Shown piece by piece: positions 1 to 8,004 of a stretch of 64,000 bases of DNA; positions within the stretch are counted from its first letter, which is position 1, and every line of letters starts with the position of its first letter. The translations under genes were made by a program, and so were the position numbers. The DNA is taken from NCBI GenBank assembly GCA_036506735.1, contig DASXRG010000038.1:6856-70855 (forward strand), written 5' to 3'. The DNA is from Candidatus Binatia bacterium. GTDB taxonomy: Bacteria > Desulfobacterota > Binatia > UBA9968. Below the pieces are notes generated by a model, which worked only from the letters and a program-made list of their open reading frames with translations, was not told the origin of the DNA and made no database searches.

Positions 1-705
1 TCGGGCAGCCAGACCTTGAAAGACGCGATGAACGAAGCGCTCAGGGATTGGGTGACCCACGTGCGCACGACCTACTATCTCATCGGCTCGGTCGCGGGGC
101 CGCATCCCTATCCGATGATGGTGCGCGATTTTCAATCGGTCATCGGCAAGGAAACGAAGCGGCAGATTCGCGCCGCCGAGGGGCGGCTGCCGGATTATCT
201 CGTCGCCTGCGTCGGCGGCGGCAGCAACTCGATGGGACTTTTCTATCCATTCGTCGGCGATTCCCGCGTTAAGATGGTGGGCGTGGAGGCGGCCGGCTCC
301 GGCTTGAAGAGCGGGCATCACGCCGCCAGCATTCTCGGCGGCGAAGTCGGCGTGCTCCACGGCAGCAAAAGCTACTTGCTGCAAGACCGGAACGGGCAGG
401 TGTGCCAAACCCATTCGATCGCCGCCGGCCTCGACTATCCCGGCGTAGGTCCGGAGCTGAGCTATCTCCGCGAGCGGGGGAGAATCCGTTTCGCGTCCGC
501 GACCGACCGCGAGGCGATTGCCGCGCTCAAAGAATTGGCCGAGGTGGAAGGGATCATCCCGGCGCTGGAGAGCGCGCACGCGATCGCCGGAGTGTTGCGC
601 CTGGCGCCGCGGCTCAAAAAAAACCAGATCGTCGTGGTCAACCTGTCGGGCCGGGGCGATAAGGACATGGGAACGGTGGGAGAATACCTGGGAGTAAAAG
701 TGTAG
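1..705 (+). CDS. trpB: Tryptophan synthase beta chain, C-terminal part (5'-truncated at window edge)
   Basis: Frame 1 is open from base 1. Translation ([27 protein letters not shown]) matches the conserved C-terminal half of PLP-dependent TrpB; trpA follows. Confidence 0.9.
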   Translation, partial: SGSQTLKDAMNEALRDWVTHVRTTYYLIGSVAGPHPYPMMVRDFQSVIGKETKRQIRAAEGRLPDYLVACVGGGSNSMGLFYPFVGDSRVKMVGVEAAGSGLKSGHHAASILGGEVGVLHGSKSYLLQDRNGQVCQTHSIAAGLDYPGVGPELSYLRERGRIRFASATDREAIAALKELAEVEGIIPALESAHAIAGVLRLAPRLKKNQIVVVNLSGRGDKDMGTVGEYLGVKV

Positions 706-780
706 TGAGGAGTGAGCCGTGAGGAGTGAGAAGTGAAAGGTCACGCGGTTTTAGTCGGCTCACTGCTCGCTTTCTCACTG
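705..780. repeat. Heptamer-periodic inverted repeat (GTGAGNN family) between trpB and trpA
   Basis: Left arm GTGAGGA GTGAGCC GTGAGGA GTGAGAA GTGAAAG (705-740); right arm CGGCTCAC TGCTCGC TTTCTCACTG (756-780) is its imperfect complement. Starts on the trpB stop codon. Confidence 0.8.
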
Positions 781-788
781 TTTTTAAG

Positions 789-1622
789 ATGAACCGCATC
801 GACCAAAAATTCGCCGAGCTCAAGAAGCGCCGCGAGGCGGCGTTGATACCGTTCGTGACCGCCGGCGATCCGAAGATCCAGACGACGCTAAAAATTCTGC
901 GCGCGCTGGAAGCGGCCGGCGCCGACGCGATCGAGGTCGGCGTCCCTTTCTCTGACCCGATGGCCGACGGCGCGACGATTCAGCGCGCCTCGGAACGCGC
1001 CCTCAGCGGCGGGACGTCGCTTGCGAACGTCCTCAAGCTCGTCCGCGCGTTTCGCCGCGGGTCGGAAACGCCGGTGATCCTCTTCGGCTATTACAATCCG
1101 TTTTTTCACTATGGCCTCCAAGAGTTCGTGCGCGACGCCGGCGCCGCGGGAGTGGACGGCATTCTGTGCGTCGATCTGCCGCCGGAAGAGAGCGGCGAGC
1201 TGAAGCTCCAGGCGGAGAAAAAAGGGCTGCACATCATTTTTCTGCTCGCGCCGACCAGCGACACGGCAAGAATCAAATTGGTCGCGCGCCGGGGCGGCGG
1301 ATTTATTTATTACGTCTCGGTCACCGGCGTGACCGGGGCGCGCCGCGCGCTGGAGAGCGAGCTGCAGGCACAGGTGGCGCGCATTCGAAAACACACCGCG
1401 CTCCCCATCGGCGTCGGCTTCGGCATCTCGACGCCGGTGCAGGCGGCGCGCATCGCCTCGTTCGCCGACGCCGCGGTCGTCGGCAGCGCCTTGATCGACG
1501 TCATGGAGCGCGCCGGGCGAAACGGCCAGAAAGTCAAAGACGCCGCCGCGTTCGTCGGGCGGCTGAAACGGGCGATGAAGCGCGCCTCACGCCTAACCCC
1601 TCACCCCTCACGTAAGGGGTAA
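789..1622 (+). CDS. trpA: Tryptophan synthase alpha chain
   Basis: MNRIDQKFAELKKRREAALIPFVTAGDP... and GADAIEVGVPFSDPMADG are typical TrpA. I prefer the ATG at 789 over the ORF-track start at 726, which lies inside the repeat hairpin. The last ~12 codons are encoded by the next hairpin. Confidence 0.9.
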   Translation: MNRIDQKFAELKKRREAALIPFVTAGDPKIQTTLKILRALEAAGADAIEVGVPFSDPMADGATIQRASERALSGGTSLANVLKLVRAFRRGSETPVILFGYYNPFFHYGLQEFVRDAGAAGVDGILCVDLPPEESGELKLQAEKKGLHIIFLLAPTSDTARIKLVARRGGGFIYYVSVTGVTGARRALESELQAQVARIRKHTALPIGVGFGISTPVQAARIASFADAAVVGSALIDVMERAGRNGQKVKDAAAFVGRLKRAMKRASRLTPHPSRKG

Positions 1623-1639
1623 AGGGTAAGGGGTTGAAG
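1585..1639. repeat. Heptamer-periodic inverted repeat (CCTCACG / TAAGGGG family)
   Basis: CCTCACGCCTAACCCCTCACCCCTCACG followed directly by TAAGGGGTAAAGGGTAAGGGGTTGAAG. Overlaps the trpA stop (1620-1622) and ends 3 nt before the folC ATG. Confidence 0.8.
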
Positions 1640-1641
1640 AG

Positions 1642-2967
1642 ATGCCGTCCTATTCGGAAACTCTCGACTATATCTTCAACCTCCGCGGCGGCGAGATCGA
1701 CCTCAAGCTCCACCGCGTCGAGCGGACGCTCGCGCTGTTCGACCATCCCGAGCGGCGCTACCCCTCTTTTCACATCGCCGGCACCAACGGCAAAGGCTCG
1801 ACCGCCGCGATGCTGCATCGCATTCTCACCCGCGCCGGTTATCGCGCCGGACTGTATATTTCGCCTCACGTCGTCTCGTTCACCGAGCGCATGCGCGTCG
1901 GCGACGAAGAAATCTCCGAGGATCAAGTCGTGGAGCTGGCCGAGACGATCAAGCGCCGGACCGCCGAGGAGCGCATCCGGCTCACTTTCTTCGAGATTGT
2001 GACCGTGATGGCGTTGATCTTTTTTGCCCGGCGAGAGATCGACGCGGCCGTGGTGGAAGTCGGCTTGGGCGGACGGTTGGACGCGACCAACCTGGTCGTC
2101 CCGCGCGTCTCGGTCATCACCACCATTTCCAAAGACCATGAAGCCTACCTGGGCTCCGATCTTCTCTCGATCGCCGGCGAGAAAGGCGGCATCATCAAGC
2201 CGGGCGTTCCTCTGGTCGGCGGCGCCTTCGATCCTAAAGTAGGAAAGCTGTTCGAAGAAATCACCGCCGCCGGCGGCTCGCAGAGCTATTTTTTGGCGCG
2301 GGATTTTTCCGTTTCGCTGAAGGAGAACGGCCTTTTCGATTATGCGGGGCGGACCTGGAATTTGACCAACCTTTCGGTTGGGCTCGCCGGGCGCCACCAA
2401 AGGACCAATGCTGCTCTCGCGCTGTGCGCTCTCGAGGTAGCACAAGCGGATTTTCCGGTGACCGAAGCGGCGGTGCGCGAAGGTTTGCAGACGGTCGTCT
2501 GGCCCGGCCGTCTCGAAGTGATCCTCAAGCGGCCGACGGTTATCCTCGACGGCGCTCACAACGGCGAGGGCATCAGGACGCTGACCGGCGAGATGCGCGA
2601 CCGTTTGGGCGCAAAAAAGGCCAAAATCGTTTTCGCCGCCATGGCGGATAAGGATTGGCCGCTCATGCTGCGCGAGCTGTCCACGATCGCAAGTGAAATA
2701 ATATTGACCCGGGTGGCCATGGAGCGGAGCGCCGATCCGGCGAAAATGGCCGCCGCCGTCCACGGAATTCCGGTTACGGTCGCGGAAGATTCGCGGCAAG
2801 CCGTGCGCCGGCTGCTCGAAGCGGCCGATCCCGACGATGTCATTGTAGTCGCCGGCTCGCTCTACCTTTTGGGCGAGGTGAGGCCGCTGCTGCTCCAGGC
2901 TGCCGCCTCGGGCGCTCCGGACGCCGGTCCGGCGAGCCATTCTTCTTCGCGCGCAAATCCCCGCTGA
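1642..2967 (+). CDS. folC: Bifunctional folylpolyglutamate synthase / dihydrofolate synthase
   Basis: Mur-ligase P-loop HIAGTNGKGST near the N-terminus, 441 aa, typical FolC length and layout. Confidence 0.85.
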   Translation: MPSYSETLDYIFNLRGGEIDLKLHRVERTLALFDHPERRYPSFHIAGTNGKGSTAAMLHRILTRAGYRAGLYISPHVVSFTERMRVGDEEISEDQVVELAETIKRRTAEERIRLTFFEIVTVMALIFFARREIDAAVVEVGLGGRLDATNLVVPRVSVITTISKDHEAYLGSDLLSIAGEKGGIIKPGVPLVGGAFDPKVGKLFEEITAAGGSQSYFLARDFSVSLKENGLFDYAGRTWNLTNLSVGLAGRHQRTNAALALCALEVAQADFPVTEAAVREGLQTVVWPGRLEVILKRPTVILDGAHNGEGIRTLTGEMRDRLGAKKAKIVFAAMADKDWPLMLRELSTIASEIILTRVAMERSADPAKMAAAVHGIPVTVAEDSRQAVRRLLEAADPDDVIVVAGSLYLLGEVRPLLLQAAASGAPDAGPASHSSSRANPR

Positions 2968-2994
2968 TGGGTTTGTCACGACGGAAAAAAATCC

Positions 2995-3022
2995 TTGCCT
3001 AGTCCTCGGCTCCTGTATATAA
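2995..3022 (+). promoter_or_regulatory. Possible sigma70-type promoter for lptD (TTGCCT, 16 nt, TGtATATAA extended -10)
   Basis: AT-rich TGTATATAA stands out in GC-rich DNA 38 nt upstream of the lptD ATG; TTGCCT lies at 2995-3000. Motif match only. Confidence 0.3.
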
Positions 3023-3059
3023 GTGGGCGGTTAGTTCTTCGCCTCCCGTTTAATCGCCC

Positions 3060-5510
3060 ATGCTTGTCCGACCGACATACGCCGTTCTGGTTTTGCTTCT
3101 AGCTTTCGGGCTGCTTCGCGCCGCGCCGCTGCCGGCTCAGCAGGCCGGGGCGGGCGCGGCCAAGCCTGAAGAGCAAATCAACGTCACCGCCGATTCTCTG
3201 CAGATGAGCGATAAAGGCACCGAGATACAAGGCCAGGGAAACGTCGAGGTCAAGCGGCAGGAGATGACCCTCAAGGCCGATCAAGTTTGGATGAATCGCG
3301 AGACCAACGACATGGAGGCCGCGGGCCATGTGACCATGGACGATCCCGAGTGGAAAATCAAATCGGCGGACCGGCTGCGGTTCAACCTGGGGGCGGAGGT
3401 CGGCACGATCGACAACGGCGACGTATTTCTTGAAAAGGGCCACTTGAGCCTCACCGGCAGACGTATCGAGAAGCTCTCCGGGCAGGCGTATCACATCGAT
3501 GACGGCTTTTTTACCACCTGTCTGTGCGAATCCGGCCCGCCGTCGTGGAAGATATCGGCCGAAGAGATGGACATCTCCCGCGAAGGAACGGGCAAGATCA
3601 GGCGGGCTACGTTTTATATCTTGGACGTGCCGGTATTGTACCTGCCTTACGCGCTCTTTCCGGTAAAATCGGAGCGACAGACCGGTTTTTTATTTCCCGA
3701 GTTCGGCGTTTCGAGCAAAAGCGGGTTTCGCTACATGCAGCCCTTTTACTGGGCGATCTCGAAGAGCAGCGACGCGACGATCACTTTCGATATCGAGACC
3801 CGTGCGCGCGTCGGATTTTTAGGCGAGTACCGGCAGATCTTCAGCCGCGACGCGAACTTCCAGATCGACTTTTCCTATTTGAACGAAGCGTTTCGCGATA
3901 ACCCGGACGCCAGCATCAAGGATCGCACGATCGCCGAGTGCAAACGGTCCAAGTTCGGCGGCGGCGTCGACTGCGACGTGATTCCGCTAAACCGCGGCAG
4001 CATCATCGCCAACCACCGTCAGACCGACTCCTCCGGTTGGACGACTTACAGCGACATCCGTCTGTTCAGCGACGATTTTTTCACCCGAGAACTGGCCCGC
4101 ACCTTGCATTTCACCTACGACCAGGAGCGGGACATCAAGACCAGCCGCTACAGTTTGTCGCGCGCGGGTTTCTTCCGGAGTTGGGGCGAGGCGAACCTCC
4201 GGGGCGAATGGGATTTCTACCAGGATTTTATTCAGGCGGACAAACGGACCCTGCAGCGGACGCCGCAGCTCGCCACCAACGGCCGCAGCGCTCTGTGGAA
4301 TACGCCGCTGGAGTTTCGCTGGCAGGCGGCGGGCGTGAATTATCTGCGGCAAGAGGGCGCCGACGGCCTGCGCTTGGATCTCCGCCCGGAGCTTGTGTTG
4401 CCGTTTCACATGGCGAACTATTTATACGGCTCTTTCAGCGTGGCGCCGCGCGAAACCGCCTATCATCTCTACGATACGAACGACTCCCCGTTGTTGGTGA
4501 CCTGCGCCCTGCCGTTCCCGGCCTTCTGCAACCGGGTGGAGCGTCACTTCGCGCGCAACAGCTCGCGCGAGTTGGTCGAGGTGAACGGCAACGTCGGGAC
4601 TTCCTTTGGGCGAGTTTATTCCTGGGACGGCGCCGACCTGCAAAAGATCAGGCACGTCGTCGAGCCCCAAGTCAGTTACCTGTTTATCTCGCGCAGCCGG
4701 CAGAGCGACATCCCGATCATGGATGGAATCGACCGGGTGAATCATCGCAATATGCTGACTTTCTCTCTGACCAATCGTTTCTGGGGAAAATTTTCCCAGA
4801 GCGGGGCGGCGCTCCCCGAGGATCCCGACGTCGAGCCGGTCGTGGCGCTGACGTCGGGCGATACCAGGGAATTGGGCCGATTAAAGTTCGAGATCAGCTA
4901 CGATATGGAGCACGAGAGAACGGTCGGCGACCGGCTTTCCGATCTGGATATCAGCCTGCGGGTGACGCCCAAGGATTATCTGGCCCTGGCGATCGGCACC
5001 GGAGTCAGTCCCAATTCAGGCCAGTTGAACCAGGCGCAAGCGCTTTTTTCCATCCTGGATCCTCGTCCGATCACCCGGCGCGTTCTCGACGTCGATTTCA
5101 TGCGGCCCAATTCTCTGGATCTGACTTACCGCTTTATCGGAAAAAACGCCGATGCCCCTCTGGCCGAAAACGCCAATCTTTTACTCGTAACCCATTCGCC
5201 GAAATTCTGCATCGGGGGCGACGTCAACTTCGATCCCCGCTGCAAGGTAGAAAAAGAAGTCATGGGATTATTCGGGGTGCGCAGCCTTTTGCACCTGACC
5301 GATCATCTGCTCTTTCTCTACGAGGCCAATTACAATACGAAGAAGGGTGGTTTCACCACGAACCGCGGCGCGGTCAAGCTGCTGTCGCAGTGCGAATGCT
5401 GGACGGTCACGGCTTCGGTCAACCGGACGACCAATCCGGATGAAACCAATTTCAAGTTTAGTTTCGAGCTGCTCGGCTTGAGCTCGCAAGCGAAGCAGAT
5501 TTTCAAATAA
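3060..5510 (+). CDS. lptD: LPS-assembly outer-membrane protein LptD (OstA family)
   Basis: Signal peptide, then an OstA-like N-terminal domain (INVTADSLQMSDKGTEIQGQGNVEVKRQEMTLKADQVWMNRETNDMEAAGHV) and a long beta-barrel-type C-terminal region; 816 aa. Confidence 0.8.
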   Translation: MLVRPTYAVLVLLLAFGLLRAAPLPAQQAGAGAAKPEEQINVTADSLQMSDKGTEIQGQGNVEVKRQEMTLKADQVWMNRETNDMEAAGHVTMDDPEWKIKSADRLRFNLGAEVGTIDNGDVFLEKGHLSLTGRRIEKLSGQAYHIDDGFFTTCLCESGPPSWKISAEEMDISREGTGKIRRATFYILDVPVLYLPYALFPVKSERQTGFLFPEFGVSSKSGFRYMQPFYWAISKSSDATITFDIETRARVGFLGEYRQIFSRDANFQIDFSYLNEAFRDNPDASIKDRTIAECKRSKFGGGVDCDVIPLNRGSIIANHRQTDSSGWTTYSDIRLFSDDFFTRELARTLHFTYDQERDIKTSRYSLSRAGFFRSWGEANLRGEWDFYQDFIQADKRTLQRTPQLATNGRSALWNTPLEFRWQAAGVNYLRQEGADGLRLDLRPELVLPFHMANYLYGSFSVAPRETAYHLYDTNDSPLLVTCALPFPAFCNRVERHFARNSSRELVEVNGNVGTSFGRVYSWDGADLQKIRHVVEPQVSYLFISRSRQSDIPIMDGIDRVNHRNMLTFSLTNRFWGKFSQSGAALPEDPDVEPVVALTSGDTRELGRLKFEISYDMEHERTVGDRLSDLDISLRVTPKDYLALAIGTGVSPNSGQLNQAQALFSILDPRPITRRVLDVDFMRPNSLDLTYRFIGKNADAPLAENANLLLVTHSPKFCIGGDVNFDPRCKVEKEVMGLFGVRSLLHLTDHLLFLYEANYNTKKGGFTTNRGAVKLLSQCECWTVTASVNRTTNPDETNFKFSFELLGLSSQAKQIFK

Positions 5511-5519
5511 GAAATCATC

Positions 5520-5882
5520 GTGCCGATCACCCATCCAACGCGAGTCGATAAACCGTGGGGCTACGAGCTGATCTGGGCGCACACCGACAAATACGTGGGT
5601 AAGATTCTTCACATCAACAAGGGCGAGTCGCTCAGTTACCAGTACCACAAGGTCAAGGACGAAACGATCTATCTGCTGAGCGGCGGCCTCGATCTCGAGA
5701 TCGGCGACGACCAAGGCCGCCGGACGTATCACGTGAAGCCGGGCGAGAGTTATCGCATCAGCGCCGGCACCAAGCATCGCATGACGGCCGTCGCCGATTG
5801 CGACGTGCTGGAGAGTTCCACGCCCGAGCTCGACGACGTGGTCCGGCTCGAAGACCGCTACGGCCGCGCAGGCCGGCCATAA
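5520..5882 (+). CDS. Cupin-domain protein (mannose-6-phosphate isomerase type II-like cupin)
   Basis: KPWGYELIW...GESLSYQYHKVKDETIYLLSG...PGESYRISAGTKHRM is the two-motif cupin signature. GTG start 10 nt after the lptD stop. Confidence 0.6.
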   Translation: MPITHPTRVDKPWGYELIWAHTDKYVGKILHINKGESLSYQYHKVKDETIYLLSGGLDLEIGDDQGRRTYHVKPGESYRISAGTKHRMTAVADCDVLESSTPELDDVVRLEDRYGRAGRP

Positions 5883-5996
5883 AGGTCCATCTCCTTCGTT
5901 GCGCTTCGAAACGTCTCGCTCGACGTACTGAAAAGAGTACGCCTGCGCTCGCCGATTTCTCGCGCGCCTTGTAGCTGGAGCCTTTCTGACCGGCCT
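5870..5996. repeat. ~120-nt structured repeat, copy 1 (core CTCGACGTACTGAAAAGAGTACGCCT)
   Basis: Outer arms GGCCGGCCATAAAGGTCC / GGAGCCTTTCTGACCGGCC and inner hairpin CGTAC-TGAAAAGA-GTACG. Shares CTTCGTTGC, CTCGACGTACTGAAAA, GTACGCCT and CTCGCGC blocks with 7779-7902. Confidence 0.65.
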
Positions 5997-6056
5997 GTCA
6001 AAGTTCCCATACTACTTTCGCGCTTTGAGCGCCCCTTTTCCCTGCCCCGAAGAATC

Positions 6057-6065
6057 TGTTATTAT
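6057..6065 (+). promoter_or_regulatory. Possible extended -10 element (TGtTATTAT) upstream of gspE
   Basis: TGTTATTAT lies 31 nt upstream of the gspE ATG. No convincing -35. Motif match only. Confidence 0.25.
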
Positions 6066-6095
6066 GCGACTACCGTAAGGTGCTTTAGGCAAGCC

Positions 6096-7778
6096 ATGGA
6101 AGGTTACGTCACTTTCGAACAGCGACTGGTCGAGCGCGGGATGATTTCGGCCGACGAGATGGACCGGATCGTCAAGCTGCAACAGGAGCAGCGCGCGCAT
6201 TTTATCCGGCTCGTCGTGGAGCTCGGCTTCGTCTCGGAAGACGATATCTTGCCGGTCCTGAGCGACCATTTTTCCATTCCGGTCGTCTCGCTCAAGGATT
6301 TTCCCGTGATCCCGCTTCCTTTGGAGCCGGTCTCGGACGGGGCCGACTTTTTTAAATCCTGCCGCATGGTGCCGCTCAAAGTGGAGGGCCGCGATCTCCT
6401 GGTCGCCACCACCGACCCGACCGATTTTTCCCGGCTTCACGCGCTGGAAGTGGCGACCGGCCTCAAGGTAAAGCCGGTGTTGGCCAAAGAGAAAGAAATC
6501 ACGGCGCGCATCGAAGCGGTGTTCGGCAACGGCGATTCGAGCGAGCCGTTGACGGGCGCCTCGGGCGCGCGCGAGATCGAAGGCGCCGCCGACCAAGAGG
6601 AGGTCGAGCACCTCCGCGACATGGCGTCGGAGGCGCCGGTCATCCGGTTGGTGAATGCTCTGCTCAGCCGGGCGCTCGAGAGCCGCGCCTCGGATATTCA
6701 CATCGAGCCGTTCGAGAACCAGCTCAAGGTGCGCTATCGAATCGATGGCATTCTGCACGAGATGGATCCGCCGCCGCGCCAGTTGAAGGCCGCGATCATC
6801 TCGCGCTTAAAAATTCTCGCCCAGCTGAACATCGCCGAGCGCCGCCTGCCGCAGGACGGCCGGATCAAGGTCAAGATCGCGGGAAAAGACGTCGACCTGC
6901 GCATCTCGACCATCCCTACGCTCTATGGCGAGAGCGTCGTGACCCGCCTGTTGGAGCGCTCGCAGATTTTTACCAGCCTCGACGAGTCGCTGGGATTTCC
7001 GCCGGACATCTACAAGCACTTCAGCGAGATGATCATCAAGCCGCACGGAATGCTTCTCGTCACCGGGCCCACCGGCAGCGGCAAGAGCACCACGCTCTAC
7101 TGCGCGCTCCAGAAGATCAACGATCCGTCCAAAAAGATCATCACGATCGAAGATCCGGTGGAGTATCAATTAAACGGCGTCAATCAGATCCACGTGAAGC
7201 CGCAGATCGGCCTCACCTTCGCCAACGGGCTGCGCTCGATCGTGCGCCAGGACCCGGACATCATCATGGTGGGAGAGATCCGCGACGCCGAGACCGCGGG
7301 CATCGCGATCCAGGCCGCGCTCACGGGCCATCTGGTGTTTTCCACGCTGCACACCAACGATGCCGCCGGCGCGGTCTCGCGCCTGTTGGAAATGGGCGTA
7401 GAAGATTATCTGCTCGCCTCCGCCCTTTTGGGCGTCCTGGCCCAGAGGCTCGTGCGGCGTCTCTGCATGGATTGCCGCGCGCAGGTGCCGTTTCAAAGCT
7501 CCAGGGTCGAAGAGTTCAGCGCCACGACCGTCTGGGAGCCGATCGGCTGCGAGGCCTGCTCCGGCACCGGTTATCTCGGCCGGGTCGGCATCTTCGAGCT
7601 GCTGCCGGCGACGCCGGAGATCTGCAAGCTGATCGTCCAGCGCTCGGATGCCAACCGGATTCGCGGCATGGCCATCTCCCAGGGCATGCGTTTGCTCAGG
7701 GAAGACGGCTGGCAGAAAGTCCGCGACGGCGTCACAACGCTGGCCGAAGTCTTACGCGTCACCCGCGAAGAAGCCTGA
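6096..7778 (+). CDS. gspE: Type II secretion ATPase GspE
   Basis: N-terminal T2SSE_N-type domain, Walker A GPTGSGKST, Walker B/Asp box, C-terminal tetracysteine CMDC...CEAC; 560 aa. Confidence 0.85.
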   Translation: MEGYVTFEQRLVERGMISADEMDRIVKLQQEQRAHFIRLVVELGFVSEDDILPVLSDHFSIPVVSLKDFPVIPLPLEPVSDGADFFKSCRMVPLKVEGRDLLVATTDPTDFSRLHALEVATGLKVKPVLAKEKEITARIEAVFGNGDSSEPLTGASGAREIEGAADQEEVEHLRDMASEAPVIRLVNALLSRALESRASDIHIEPFENQLKVRYRIDGILHEMDPPPRQLKAAIISRLKILAQLNIAERRLPQDGRIKVKIAGKDVDLRISTIPTLYGESVVTRLLERSQIFTSLDESLGFPPDIYKHFSEMIIKPHGMLLVTGPTGSGKSTTLYCALQKINDPSKKIITIEDPVEYQLNGVNQIHVKPQIGLTFANGLRSIVRQDPDIIMVGEIRDAETAGIAIQAALTGHLVFSTLHTNDAAGAVSRLLEMGVEDYLLASALLGVLAQRLVRRLCMDCRAQVPFQSSRVEEFSATTVWEPIGCEACSGTGYLGRVGIFELLPATPEICKLIVQRSDANRIRGMAISQGMRLLREDGWQKVRDGVTTLAEVLRVTREEA

Positions 7779-7902
7779 GCCACGCCCGATAAGCTGCGCC
7801 TAACTTCGTTGCTCACCTCTCGCCTTCCCTCGACGTACTGAAAACGTACGCCTCGGTTGGCTCAAGGCTCGCGCCTCGTTATGCTTGTTTCTCGGACGTG
7901 GC
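7779..7902. repeat. ~120-nt structured repeat, copy 2 (core CTCGACGTACTGAAAACGTACGCCT)
   Basis: Same orientation and block order as 5870-5996. Outer arms GCCACGCCCGATAAGC / GTTTCTCGGACGTGGC. Starts directly after the gspE stop. Confidence 0.65.
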
Positions 7903-7980
7903 TCCGCTTTGTATGAGAATTTTTTTATCAGCCTGCGGGAAATTTTTTCACAAACTGCTTAATACCGATCGATAAACTTC

Positions 7981-8004
7981 ACCTAACTTCGTTGGCTCAC
8001 GAAT
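7981..8004. repeat. Partial third copy of the 5' block of the structured repeat
   Basis: ACCTAACTTCGTTGGCTCAC closely matches GCCTAACTTCGTTGCTCAC at 7798-7816. Confidence 0.5.

Noticed and set aside
1534-2979. 481-aa ORF antisense to folC
   Set aside because: Arg/Gly/Ala/Pro-rich low-complexity translation typical of shadow ORFs in high-GC DNA. The opposite strand encodes a well-supported FolC.
3938-5443. 501-aa ORF in an alternative frame inside lptD
   Set aside because: Same-strand frame-shifted shadow ORF, extremely Arg/Pro/Gly-rich. The lptD frame has recognisable domains along its whole length.
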